64,000 bases of DNA from Chrysomallon squamiferum (GCA_012295275.1 CM022678.1:18848001-18912000), one strand, 5' to 3'. Shown: positions 11,243 through 24,926, counted from the stretch's first letter. Notes: a model not told the origin generated them from the letters alone. Translations and numbers: made by a program.

Positions 11243-13767
11243 TTACAAATTGACGTCACCATCAACAAGAAGTGGAAAAGTTTCGAAAAGCCAGTCCACT
11301 GCACTTTTGTCGTCTGCATCGTCTGGCGGAGTTTTTCCTGTTTTGAAATCGTTCAGTTCAGTGACTTGGTGAGTCTCTCCTGATTTCAAGCACACAATCA
11401 TCATCTTCTCATTCTTCGTAGCAGTTGCTATTGCCAAATCAATCACCTGTTTCCAGTGTGTGTTTGGAGTGTCGGAACTAACAACTACGACAATGCATCG
11501 AATAAGAGGCATCAGTCGTTTGTAAAAATAGATATCATCCATTCCTTCAAAGGCAAGTTCATCATTCCTCGTGACTTCAAGACCTGTGTAGTGTTTAAGA
11601 ATTTCCTGAATTTTCTTTGACATCTCATATGTTTTACAGTCGTCTTTGTCATGGAGAATCATAATATCAGCAGCATTTATTTCACCTTCTTTGTTTGTTT
11701 TGTAATAGAACGCAAAAATCCTTCTGAAACAAGACCAAGCTTTACTCGGAGACTGGCCTCTTGATAAGATCTGCTGTGCTGTTTTCAGGTAAACTCGACT
11801 GACAAGTGAAGAAGGAATGTCATCAGCTTGTTCCGTACCCATCAGCAGACTTACACACAATCTGGCATTTTCGTATTTTTGTTCGTGGAGATATTCCTCA
11901 GTAATTCCAATCCAGTCTTGTGATCCCAGATTTCGGTTCTGAATCTTCTCATAAATCGGAAGAGTACGGCCGAATTCACTGATCATGCTGTAAACATCTT
12001 TAACTTGCCACGGTATATCTACTCCACGTGGACCTTTCGTTTGCTTCAGCAAATCAGTTACTGTTCTGAAATGAGTGCGATATTTATACAGCACCTCGAT
12101 CGCAGAAACTTCTATAGCAAGAATTTTAAAGTTTATTTCTTCTTTCCTCAGCCGAGCCTGTTCATGTGGAGAAAGTAATGGACTTTTACCTTTTTCAAAA
12201 CAAATAATACCCATTTTCTTCAAAGCAGCAACTCTATAGAACGGACTGGTTTCAATTTCTTCTCTTTCTATTATATCCTTTAGAATCTCTTCAGCGTCTT
12301 CGTAACATTTGGTACTCATGTAAGCAGAAGCCAAGTCAAGTATAGCACTATAATTATCGCCGTGTGTTATATCAACGGACTGTTTTAGATTCTTAATCGC
12401 ACGCTGAAATGTTCTCGGGTTGCTTTCATTTTTCGCTTTTCTCAGCAGAACTTTTCCCAGGTTTTGAAGACCATATCCTGCCGGCCGAAGCCTCACTGAC
12501 TCTTCTAACAGTGTCTGAGCGTTATCCAGTTGGTTTTTGTTCAAGCAATGCCTACCGCAGCTTGCAAGTACAAAAGGGTTCTGCTTGTCTAAATCAAGAG
12601 CTTTCTGGAAATATTCCTCGCACGGAAGTAGTGTTGTTTGTTCCTTAAACCTTTCTACCACAATTTCATCATCAAATGGTGTGTTTCTTAATTGAAGCCG
12701 AGTCGCCAATTCCCCGAGCTCTGCATACGCCATCGCATTAAACGGTTCTGATCCCTTACTGCCGACTTCTTCTAGCACTTTACAGCATCTAACAGCGTAT
12801 TCAACCATATTGATACCTGTATGAAACGAATAGCTCTGAATGGACATAGTTCGTCTAAGTGTAAGACCCTCTCCAAATTTCCATTCGTATTCTTCTGGAT
12901 ATTTCTCGTTTACTTTTCTGTACAGCTCCACAGACTTTAGATAAGAAGCTGGTGAAATCCGAGCGTAGCAATATGCAAGTTCAGCTTCAGCTACAGCACG
13001 CGTTCTGTCAAAGTCTCCCTTCAGATTTTCCAGTTTGATTAATTCTGATTCAGCAGAACGCTTATCCTTTTTTAGCAGAAAACGCACACGATTTGCACGA
13101 GCTACAATGTTAGTAGGGTCACGACGACAGACTTTCAAATTTATCTCGATTGCTTTGTCTCGATCTCCTAGCAAAAACTGCATGAAAGAAATAAAATTGT
13201 CGTCTTGATTTCTTTCCATCAATCTGAGTTTCTCTTCTTCCGGTTTTCGTTGTAACTTTAAAAGTATTGTTTCTCTGCGTTGTTTAGTGCAGAGCATGAG
13301 ATCTGTGAGATGAAAGGAGTGAGGAAACGATTCAAGTCTCTTTTCGAAGGAACTGTCCTCATCCGTAGCTGAAAAATAAAATCTATATAATTGCAGATTT
13401 CTGAAAGAATAACTTTGGGGAAAAATGCCTTTCTAAAGATAAGATGTTCGAAATTGTTTTCTTTTAAAATTGCAGATTCGAAATCACATAATGTTTCATT
13501 TACTGAATGTCTCTCTCTCCATCTTAATTGTATAAATATGTGTGTGTCTGCGTATGTCTGTGTTTTTATTCAGGTGTCTGAATATAAATGCCTGTAAGAG
13601 AGAGAATAACGTGTTTATAAAAAAAAATTAGAAGAGTTTCGCCTGAAGCAGTAATGCAACAAAATACAATTGTTTCATTATCATTGTAACTAGTATTTCT
13701 CACCAATTTTTATCCTTGCAAAATCCGCGTCTAATGACGTTGTGCTGTGTGGTTTCTTCGCAGCCAT
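11243..13767 (-). CDS. TPR-TIR paralog B: IFIT/TTC22-like TPR protein with C-terminal TIR-like domain, ~729 aa; exons 13704-13767 and 11243-13368
   Basis: 684-aa ORF extends to a tttcag acceptor at 13369-13370. A 64-nt ATG exon (MAAKKPHSTTSLDADFARIKI) joins in phase 1. Contains LESFPHSFHL, DPTNIVARAN and several TPR consensus repeats (AYAELG, YFQKALDLD, LQNLGKVLL, LDLASAYM). C-terminal ~140 aa follow a TIR pattern. Confidence 0.9.
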
Positions 13768-13999
13768 TATCCTGAAAGAAAGTTATACAATATTTTAGTA
13801 ATTTATTTTTTTCCAGTGTATTGAACATCATACATTTATGTCTATGTTCCGGTCACAGAATAATCAACTAAATTGCATGCGTCTCGATTTTGAAATTAAT
13901 GCAGAACAATGAAAATATTCTATAAAAATGTAAATAAAAGTTATAACAATAAAAAGAAAGAAAGGAAACTAAAAAACGAAGAAAAAATAAACATTTGAT

Positions 14000-15678
14000 C
14001 ACCCTTAAATCAATACTAACTTCATTAGGCTATCAAAATCTTACTGGTTCCACAAAAACATTGCCTTCGATTTATGAGTAGTTTCCTTGTCTAAAACGGT
14101 AATGTTATGTGTAGGTTTGACTATAAAACAAAATATTTTTATTTCGAAAGCAGATTCAAACCGATGAAGGGTTGCTTATGATTCCGATTATGATAATTAT
14201 TATTATTATTGTTGTTGTTATTATTATTATTATTATTGGTATTAGTATTATTATTTTCTTACTATCTTTTTTCCTTTTTCCTTTTTCTTTGTCCAGTCTA
14301 CTAACCTGCAGAGAAATAAAACTTGTGCCACCTCAGTCTTGCTGATTCCAAAAATTCTTTCCCACCGATTTACGAGATCTTGTCTTTTCTGAGCTAAGTT
14401 GAATTTTATTTAACGTCTTGTGTTTATTATACTTCTTTCTAGAAATAACAGTTATATATCTAAAGGCAATTCGTGAATCAGATGTTTATTTTGATGGTAC
14501 CTTAAACTTTATTTCCTACGAAATGAATCTATTTAGTCAACGTGATAAACATACTGAAAACACGCATTACAAATTTTCGTGGAACTAGAAAAATAAGGGA
14601 AACTTTCGGCTATTGAATTCATTTGGCTAGATGCTGAATTAAAGAACGTATATGCGAACATGAAATCAAATGTATTTTTTTTCTACATAATTTATCTATT
14701 AATTTTCTCGAACGTGTCTAAACACAATGAAAACAAACTAGACTAATTTTTGTGGATATAGAAATTAAAGCTAAATATTTGGATCAATGTTAAAATGAAA
14801 TAGAACCCAACCAGTACATAACACAGATTTCTACTTTATATCTAATAACGCTAGGACCCCCGAGAGTTTTAATTGTTATTTACTTTTATCATACAATACG
14901 AGTTTAATGTGTGACTACTGTCACCCGATATATAAACATACACAAACAGAAACTGCTGTGTCAAACTAGGTTATTGAAATAGGTCACTGAAACACACCCT
15001 GAAGATGTAAGCAATACTGAATAACCTTTTTATAGTATAATTTATCAGTTTCTATAAAATGCAGAAACTGCACATGTCTAATGTTTGAGTCAGAGAACAA
15101 TGAAACAAATGACCTTCGTCTAGATTTTAAATTTAATAATGCTAAAATAAAATAATTAAAACAAAAATTATTTGCCTTACTTTTATCTGACCACTGATAT
15201 GTATTCGGCCATCAAAATCTTACTGGTTCCAAAAAATGCAATCTCATCGATTTACGTGTTTTTACCTTTCCTGAACTAAGCTGAATTTTTAGTTAAATTG
15301 CTGTGTTATTTGGTTCTTGGTCATATGTAGATTACACTTCCTTGTTACTATAACTTATATATCAGTCACCTATTTGTGAATCATAGTTATGATTTAATGG
15401 ACAAGTAATGAACAAACTGTTAAAAATGGAGGATATAAACTGAACAACAAATTTAAATCAAACTTACACGTTCTCGCTGGTGTCACTTATAATGAAACGA
15501 ACTGTCAGTTTATATAACCACTATTTTCTACTTTCCTTTTTAAATTCCACGAATCGGGTGAGTAAGAGGAGATAATCACTGTATTCTCTACATAAGACAT
15601 GGTTTGTAATAAGGTTGTGTTATGTGTAGGTTTAAATATTGAGTAAACCATTGTTATTTTGAAAGTGAGGTCAATCTG

Positions 15679-15719
<41 letters not shown>

Positions 15720-16080
15720 GTATTATTTCCTTTTTTTTTCCTTTTTCCCAGTAAAACTTTCGCCATCTAAATTTTATTGATTCCAAAGTCTTTCCCATCG
15801 ATTTATGTCATCTTTTCTTTCCTGACCCAAGCTGAATTTTTATTTAACCTTATTTTTTTATTTTTTTGTAATGCACTTGTTTATAATACCTCTTTGTAAT
15901 TATAATCTTAAATATCAAAAGGCAATTCGTGAATCAATCAGATCGATATCTTACTTCAAACTTGAATATTATTTTCTACGAAACGTAGCTATTTAGCGAA
16001 CGTGATCAAACAAATCTGAAACCATGTATTAGTAAATTCCATGAAATTAGAAAAAGATAAAATATAACAGTAACATTCGG
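14000..16080. repeat. Degenerate intronic repeat family upstream of the ATG exon of B
   Basis: Motifs gaaat(t)aggtcactga, aaatcaaacttacacg, catcgatttacg and gctaagctgaatttt also occur at 1130-2450, 7355-9290, 20500-24750, 52257-52680 and 62800-63850. Confidence 0.6.
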
Positions 16081-16497
16081 CCTCTGCGTATACTTCAATA
16101 AAATGTTCGAATTTTTCTTATTCAGGCCAAACTAAAGGTCCGACCGTGTCTCTGTATGAAGTATATTCGTTGTTCAAATGTCGCTTCAGGGGAGAATTAT
16201 GCGGTGGAGGATCTCAGTTGCACGGCAGATTACCCGGGCTAAAAACAACAATAACAACTACAACAATAATAATAGCAACATCAGCAACAATAAAAGCCAT
16301 ATAAGCAGTGCTTTACAAAAAGATACTGTTATAATATTATCGTATTATCAACAATATAAGCATCATGTCTTTATTATATATGCACACATTTACAAATATG
16401 ATATAGCAACTCATGAATGAGTTATTTGGAAGAAAGAAGGTTGTTTATTCTTTGTAATATGCAAATGAAACATGGATCGTAATATCGACATTTTTCT

Positions 16498-16510
16498 ACT
16501 TTCAATTTCC
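16498..16510 (-). promoter_or_regulatory. ISRE/IRF-E-like element GGAAATTGAAAGT upstream of B
   Basis: GAAANNGAAA core; identical 13-mer at the homologous position upstream of C. Confidence 0.55.
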
Positions 16511-17687
16511 AGAAATTATTTCCATGAAAACACTTGTCATTATTGTATGAATGAACGTATGAATACGATAATCTAACATATTTTCAAATTAGTGGTATGA
16601 ACAATTCCTCTTTTCTGCTTTTCTTTCTTCGTTTTTATTTCCATTTTTCTTCTTTTCTTTTTTCTTCTTCTTTCCTGTAGGTTTCTGACTGATTGCATTA
16701 ATACTATCGATAGTTAGATTTGTTTCATTTATATCATTTTCTTTTGCTTGTTTACTTCTTCTTTTTTTTCAGATCATCCCGATTTGAAAGTGGACTTATT
16801 TATTGAATAACAAATTCCGATACATCTAATTTCTTCCTTATTTATTTACTTAAGAAACCATGTAGCTTATCACAAGACCTTCATAATTTTTTTTCATTAC
16901 TATTACTATTATTATTATTATTATTGTTCTTCTTCTTGTTAGGGTTGAAAATGTCAAAAGACTGGTGTAGATATTCACCTCTTGACAGTAACTTCAGAAA
17001 AAGCTCCTTATATAAAAGTACTTTGAATTAAAACCCCTAAACTTCCACCTCTAAATTATAAAATTACCAGAAATCATTCACATAAAAAAATTCATTATTG
17101 ACACAGTTTTCTCTCTTGTACAAAAAATAGAAGAACAAATAGATAGAGCATTTTAAGAACAATTCCATTATGTACAAATAAGTAGCCACAAACAGTAAAT
17201 ATATATATATTTATATATGAAAGTCATAGATCAAATTACAGAAAAGCCGTTGTACTTACATTGTCCTTCTGACGCTGTAGATAACACAAATTTCATTTCA
17301 AGCATAAAGTTTTTGAAAAACATACTAAAATAACAGTAGACTTTCTATACAACCTACATACGTGGATTTCATTTTTGACATATACAGCAGTAAGATCGGA
17401 TTTTTGTATTTTCCGACTTCATCCTCATATTCTTAAACAAAAAAATTAAAGCATTTTTGAGTAGGTTTCCTAATATAACTATAATTATTACTGTTGTTAT
17501 TGTCATTGTTCTTAATCTTCATATGACTATTATTATTACTTTTCTGATTAATATTATTATTATTATTAGTAGTAGTAGTAGTAGTAGTAGTGGTAGTAGT
17601 GTCTGCAGCAGCAGCACTTGGTTCACAAAGTCGAACAATTCATGCCGTTCATTTCAAACTCTTCTTAGGGTTTGTAGATTAGGAAAT

Positions 17688-19931
17688 TTACAAATTGACG
17701 TCAGCATTAACAAGAAGTGGAAAAGTTTCCAGCAGCCAGTCCACTGCAGCTTTGTCGTCTGCTTCGTCTGGTGGAGTTTTTCCTGTTTTGAAATTATTCA
17801 GTTCAGTGACACGGTGAGTCTCTCCTGATTTCAAGCATACAATCGTCATCTTCTCCTTCTTCGTAGCAGTTTCTATTGCCAAATCAATTACTTTTTTCCA
17901 GTGTGTGTTTGGCGTATCGGAATTAACAACTACAACAATGCATCGAATAAAAGGCATCACTCCTTTGTAAAAATGGATATCATCCATTCCTTCAAAGGCA
18001 AATTCATCATTTCGCGTGACTTTAAGACCTGTATAATTTTCCAGAATGATCTGAATCGTCATTGAAATCTGAAATGTGTTCCAATCGTCTTTGTCATGGA
18101 TAATCATGATATCAGCACCATTTATTTCATCTTCTTTGCTTGTTTTGTAGTAGAACGCAAAAATCCTTCTCAAACAAGACCTAGCTTTCCTCGGTGACAG
18201 GCCACTTGATAACACGTACTCTGCTGTTTTCAGATAAATTCGACTGACGAGAGGAAAAGGAATATAATCAGCTTGTTGCGTATCCATCAGCAGACTTACA
18301 CACAGTCTGGCATTTTCGAATTCTTGTCGGTCAAGATATTCCTCTGTAATTCCAATCCAGTCGTCCGGTCCTAGATTTCGATTATGAATGTTGCTATAAA
18401 TCGGAAGAGAGGGGGCGAATTCACTGATCATACAGTAAACATCTTTAACTTGCCGCGGTAGTTTTACTCCACGTGGACCTTTCGTTTGCTTCAGCAAATC
18501 AGTTACCGTTCTAAAATGAGTGCGATATTTGTACAGCACTTCTGAAGCAGAAACTTCTACTGCAAGAGTTTTGTAATTCATTTCTTCATTCCTCAGCCGA
18601 GCCTGTTCATCTGAAGAAAGTCTCCAATGTTTGCTTTTTTCAAAATAGATAAAACTCATATTTTTCAGTGCGGTAATTTCTGTGAACGGATCGGAACCGA
18701 TGTCGGCTGTTTCTATTATATTTCTTAAGACTCGTTCAGCATCGCTGTAGCGATTTTTACTCATGTAAGCAGAAGCCAAATCAAGAGCTGCATCATGAGT
18801 TTCGCCGAATTTTACTTGAGTTGCCTCTTTTAGCTTCTCAATCGCTCGTTCATATGCGCTGCTTTTGTTTCTTTGTTTCAGCAGAACTTTACCCAGCTGA
18901 TGAAGAGTATACCCTGTCGGGAAAAGTCTGGCTGATGTCTCTAGCATTCTTTCAGCCTCATCCAGTTGATTTGTGCTTACTAAGTGCTTACCGCACCTTC
19001 CAAGTACGAAACGGTCATCCTTCCCTAATTCAAGAGCTCTGCTGAAATACTCCTCACCCGGTAGCAGTCCTGTTTGTTGTTTAATCTCTTCTACCAGCAT
19101 TTCATCTTCAAATGGAGTCCGTCTTAATTCAAGTCGCATCGCTAATTCCCCGAGCTCGGCATACGCCATGGCATTCAGTGATTCTGATCCCTTACTGCTG
19201 ACTTCTTGTAGCAGTTTACAGCATCTAACAGCGAATTCTACCACATCGATACCTGACTGAATTGAATAGCTTTGAACTGACAGAGATCGTCTAAGTGTAA
19301 TACCCTCTCCAAATTTCCACTCGTATTCGTCTGCATATTTCTCGTTTACTTTTCTGTACAGCTTTAGAGCCTTTGGATAAGAAGCTGGAGATATTATAGA
19401 GTAGCAATACGCAAGTTCAGCTTCAGCTACAGCACGCATTCTGTCAAAGTCTCCCTTCGTGTTTTCCAGTTCGATTAATTCTGATTCAGCAGACCGCTTA
19501 TCCTGTTTTAACAGAAAACGCACATGGTTTGCACGAGCTACAATGTTAGTAGGGTCTCGAGCACGGACTTCGGAATTTGTCTGGATTGCTTTGTCTCGAT
19601 CTCCTAGCAAAAACAGCAGGAAAGAAAGAAAATTGTCAACTCGACTTCTTTTCTCTTCTTTCCGTTTTCTTAACTTTTAACATAACTTTTCTCTACAATG
19701 TTTTGAGTAGAACATGAGATCTGTAAGATGAAACGAGTGAGGAAACGATTCCAATCTCTTTTCGAAGGAAATATCCTGATCCATAGCTGAAAAATAAAAT
19801 GTAAGTAGTTGAAACTTGTTGAAGGAACTTCCACTGAAAAAAACAGATTATTTCTATAAATAAGAAGTTGCATTTTTTATTTTTATTTTTAGGTTGAAGA
19901 TAAGTAATTAGAAAATACTGTGATTACCGAA

Positions 19932-20006
<75 letters not shown>

Positions 20007-20232
20007 TATAAATAGGTGTGTGTATGTGTGTTTTTTGTGTTTTTATGTAGATCTGAGTTTGTATATCTGTGAGAGAATGTCGTATTATAAAAATAAGCAG
20101 AAGAGCGCCAGAAGGTATCATGAACATAATACAAATCTTTCACTATCATTGTAACTAGTATTGCTCACTAATTTTTATCCCTGCAAAATCGTTCTATAAT
20201 GACGTTGTGCTTTGCTGTGTTTTCGCAGCCAT
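17688..20232 (-). pseudogene. TPR-TIR paralog C; exons 20169-20232 and 17688-19786; two premature stops, downstream 640 codons open
   Basis: Same structure and phase as B, with in-frame TAG at 20194-20196 and TAA at 19677-19679. Confidence 0.8.
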
Positions 20233-20299
20233 TATCCTAAAAGAAATTTATAAATTTGACTCCATTGTACATTTCTCTACAACTAACCAAAATCAATTT

Positions 20300-20330
<31 letters not shown>

Positions 20331-20451
20331 TTATTATTATTATTATTATTATGATTATTATTATTATTATTAATATTATTATTATTTTAAATCATCCATT
20401 TTGAAAAAAAAAAAAAAAAAAAAACATTTTTTGTTATTTAACATTACTAAG

Positions 20452-20486
<35 letters not shown>

Positions 20487-20499
20487 GTAAAGTATTTCT

Positions 20500-21513
20500 A
20501 GTTTGGAACTAATGTAACTAGCACTTCCAACAGTGCCACATTCTCTTCTTTATCAGCTTGCATGAGCTAAATATATCGCCCTTATCAGCCTATATATAAG
20601 AGCATAGAGAGAGAAACGGGTGTATGAAATTAGGTCCTTGAGATATCCAATAAATATAGCGAATAAACAGACCCGGAATGTATAAGAAATATCTATTAAC
20701 CAATTTTTCTTGTTTTTCTTTTTACATTATTTTGAGGATCGCTCCTATGTCTAGAGTTGGTGCCAGTGTCTGTCGCATGAAGAAATACTATCCTACATAC
20801 AACTCATAACTCTGCTTGTTGATCGAATAACACTAGGACTCACAATAGTCCTATATATAACTCGCTTTTATCAGCCTACACCAATTAGAAATATCACAGC
20901 TATCAGCCGATTTAAACATTACAGAAACAGAAACGGGTGTGTGAAATTAGGTCACTAAAATATGCAAGAGCTGTAGCCAGTAAAGAGACCAGCAAAAGGT
21001 GAGAAACGTTTATGAAGAAGTTTGTAGTGGGATGGTTTTTATTTTATATTTGTTTTAATTTGATGGATCACAGCTGTGTAGTGGTTGGGCCAGGGAATAA
21101 TAAACAAAACAACCTGCTTCAAAATTTCAAATTAAATTATATAAAAATATAAAAAATAATAATAATAAAAAAAAAAAAAGGAAAAGAAAAATGAAAAAGC
21201 TGTTTTTGTTTCACATTTCTATAATAATAATTTGTATTAGGTTTCATAAAAAGTATGAGATCGGAATAAAAATTTTTAAATCAAACTTACACGATCTCTC
21301 TGGATGTTCCTTACTCTAAAACTAACCGTCAGTCTTCTGTAAGCGACTTTTTTCTTCTTTCCTCTTTGAATTCCACGAATCTGTTCAGAAAGAGGATAAA
21401 AGCTGTGTAAAATGTGTTGTCTAATACTGTAATATTCCGTTTAGATTTAAATATTAAAGAAAATATTATTTGGAATGTCAAAGAAAACTGTTCATGAGGC
21501 ATTATTGTTGTTG

Positions 21514-21560
<47 letters not shown>

Positions 21561-22796
21561 TTTATTATCTATTTTTCTGTAGGAGGTTTCTAACTTGCAG
21601 AAAATAAAACTGAATAAAATGTATTAATAAGATATATTTTTTAATCCTAACTTGAACAGTAAATTCCACTAACTTTTGTTATTTAGTAAACGTGATTAAA
21701 CAAACTGAAACTACGCATTAGTAATTTTCCTGGAAATAGAAGTGCATTAGTTCACCGAACTTATTGGTTTTTTTGTAACTATATGCTAGATTAATGAACG
21801 TATTTAGCAATGTGATATGAAACAACTATTTTAAAGCTAACTTTATGTATTTAGTTTCTACGCAATTTAGCTATTAATTTTCGCGAACGTCATCAAACAA
21901 AGTCAGAGCACACGTGACTCATTTTCGTGGAAGTAGAAAAATAAGCTAAATATTCGGATGAATGAGCACGTTCGTAAACACCACGGCTCTTCTTAGTGAA
22001 CTCGTTGTGTATCTAAAGAAAAAAGGTTTCCCTCGCCTGAACTAAAGCTAACCAACACACAACTCATATTTTGTTTTTTCTTTTCTTTTTTTTATACTAT
22101 AACACTAGGACTCACAGCAGTTCTAACTGTATTTCACTTTTATCACACAACATGAATTAAAAACACTACAGCTGTCAGCCGATATATATATATTTATATT
22201 TATAAATATACAGGAACAGAAGCGAGTGTACGAAATTAGGTCACTGAAATGTGCAAGAAATATAGTTAGCAAAAAACAATCGGGAGATGCAAGAACTATT
22301 TATAAAGCTGATTGCAGTAGAATTCATCTTGTTCTGTAAATTACACCTGTCAAAAAAGTAAGACAACAGACAACAGTGAACCTAAAGACGAGTCTCCATT
22401 TTAATTTAATAAAGCAAAAACAATAATTAAAAAAAAAATCTTTACCTACCTATTATTTAAATACTCAGTTTCATCAAGGCATAAAAGTCTGCTGGTTTCA
22501 AAATGCTTCCCATCGATTTACCTGTTCTTACCTTTTTTGTGCTAAGCAGAATTTCCAGTTAATATCTCGTGTTATTTCGTTCTTGGATATTTGTATATTA
22601 TACTTCCTTGTAATTATAACTTATATATCATTAACTATTCGTGAATCACAATTAACATTTAATACACAAGTAATGAATAACCTATTAGCTAAAGAAAAAT
22701 TTCAAGATCATAAAATAATTATTAAATCAAACTTACAGGTTTTCTCTGGACATTACTTACTCCGAAACTAACCGTCAATGTTATATAAATGACTGA

Positions 22797-22833
<37 letters not shown>

Positions 22834-24269
22834 ATTATTATTATTATTATTATCCTCATCATCTGTTTTTCTTCTCAGTGTTGAAATCTGCAGAGATATA
22901 CAACTAAATAAAATTCTGAATTAGATATATATTTTTTTTAAATTCTAACTCGAAATTTTGTTATTTAGTAAAGGTGATTAAATAAAGTGAAACCACGCAT
23001 CAGTAATTTTCGTGGAAATAGAAGTACAAGGTTTACGTCCGTTCAGCGAACTTATCTGTTTTGTGTAACTAGATGCTGGATGAATGAACGTATTTAGAAA
23101 TGTGATATGAAATAAATATTTTAATGGCAACTTTATAGGTTTATTTCCAACGTAATTTAACTATTAATTTTCGCCAACGTGATTACACAAAGTCAGAGCA
23201 CAAGTGAGTAATTTTCATGGAAATAAAAAAATAAGCCATATAGATACATTCGGATCAATGAACATGTTTAGAAATAAACAAACTGAAACACGAATCAGTA
23301 ATTTATGGAAACAAGAATAAGGTGTACGTTCGTCATCGAATTTATTTCGTTTGTGTAACTAGACACTGGATAATTATTTAGAAACGTAACATGAAATAAT
23401 AAATTTAATGCTAACTTGATATATTTATTTTCTAAGTAATTTAACTTTTAATTTTCGAGGACGTGATTAAACAGATAGAGAAACATAAGCTATATATTCG
23501 GATCAGTGAACACGTTTGGAAATAACATGTTTACTTTCTGAACTCGCTGAGCATGTGAAAAAAAAAAAAAAGTATACCTCGCTTGAACTAATGCTAGCCT
23601 GTACGCCAGTCATATTTCTATTTTGTTATCTAAAAACACTAGGACTCAACAGTTCTACATGTTATTCACTTTTATCAGCCTATATGAATAAAAAATATCA
23701 ATGCTATCAGCCGATATATAACACTACAGAAAAAGGTGTGCGAAATTAGGTCATTGAAATATACAAGAAATATAGCCAGTAAGGACGCTGGAGATCTTAG
23801 AAATATTTATTAAATAGTTTTTAGTAGGAATTTTCCTTTTTCTTTTTACATAATTTTGAAAAGTCACAGCTGTATAGCGTTTGTTTCAGAGAATAATCAA
23901 TGAAATGACCTGCGTCTAGATTTTAAATGTAAAAGAAATAAAATAATTAAACAATAATACTACTAATAAAAATATTTCTCCCTTCGCATCGATTTAGGTG
24001 AGCTTCTCTTTTCTGAAATAAACTGACATTTGACATAATGTGTTGTGTTATTTGTCCTTGAGTATTTGTGTATTACATTTCGTGGTAGTGATAATTTACA
24101 TATCACTACATAATTCATGAATGCATTTTATATTTTAATTGACAAGTAATAAATAAAATATTACTTAAATATTCACTAATAACAAAACTTAAATCAAACT
24201 TACAGGTTCTCCCAGGGTGTTCCTTACTCTGAAACGAACAAACACTGTGATAGCTTTACCTTTTTAGTT

Positions 24270-24304
<35 letters not shown>

Positions 24305-24750
24305 GTTTCGACTTTACTTATTCAAATACCAAGAATCGATACAATAAAACTAGATAATCAATGTGAACGCTATATAAGGGAGGTCACCTAATAACGCAAA
24401 GTAATAACCTTGTTGCGTGACAAAAATATAAACACATTCATAACCACACAGCTTTACTGTATCTATGTGCTTTGTACGTTATCAAGCCCAGAGATCCTCC
24501 ATTTTATTATTTTCTTTTTGTGTATTTGTAAATTACACATCATGACCTTCTTGTATGATAACAGTATAAACACATTCATGACTATAACCCCTTGTTATAT
24601 AACACATGCCCGCCAGGACAGTCTATTTTAGTTTAAAATATCTAATACAGTGAAATACTGAGCTCTAATGACAGAAGTAAATATATTTAATATATTTTAT
24701 ATTTTGAAATATTTATCTGGAAAACGATATCAGTTTGACAAGGAAGCCTT
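20500..24750. repeat. Expanded degenerate tandem repeats upstream of the ATG exon of C
   Basis: gaaattaggtc at ~20627, 20943, 22232 and 23742; aaatcaaacttaca at ~21278, 22724 and 24191. Confidence 0.65.
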
Positions 24751-24867
24751 AGTAAATTTCTTCTTCTTCTTCTTCTTTATTTTATAGTTATTATTCTCAT
24801 TATTGTTATTATTATTGTTATCATTATTATTATTATTATTATCATTATTATTATTATTATTATTATG

Positions 24868-24926
<59 letters not shown>

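Noticed and set aside
12409-12648. Plus-strand ORFs within TPR genes (also 17457-17828, 18821-19680, 59527-59919, 61010-61837)
   Set aside because: Antisense shadows of the long minus-strand ORFs; boundaries not conserved among paralogs.
11243-13297. Retrocopy or bacterial HGT origin suggested by 2-kb intronless ORFs
   Set aside because: Conserved spliceosomal introns upstream and shared flanks indicate DNA-level tandem duplication of a native gene.
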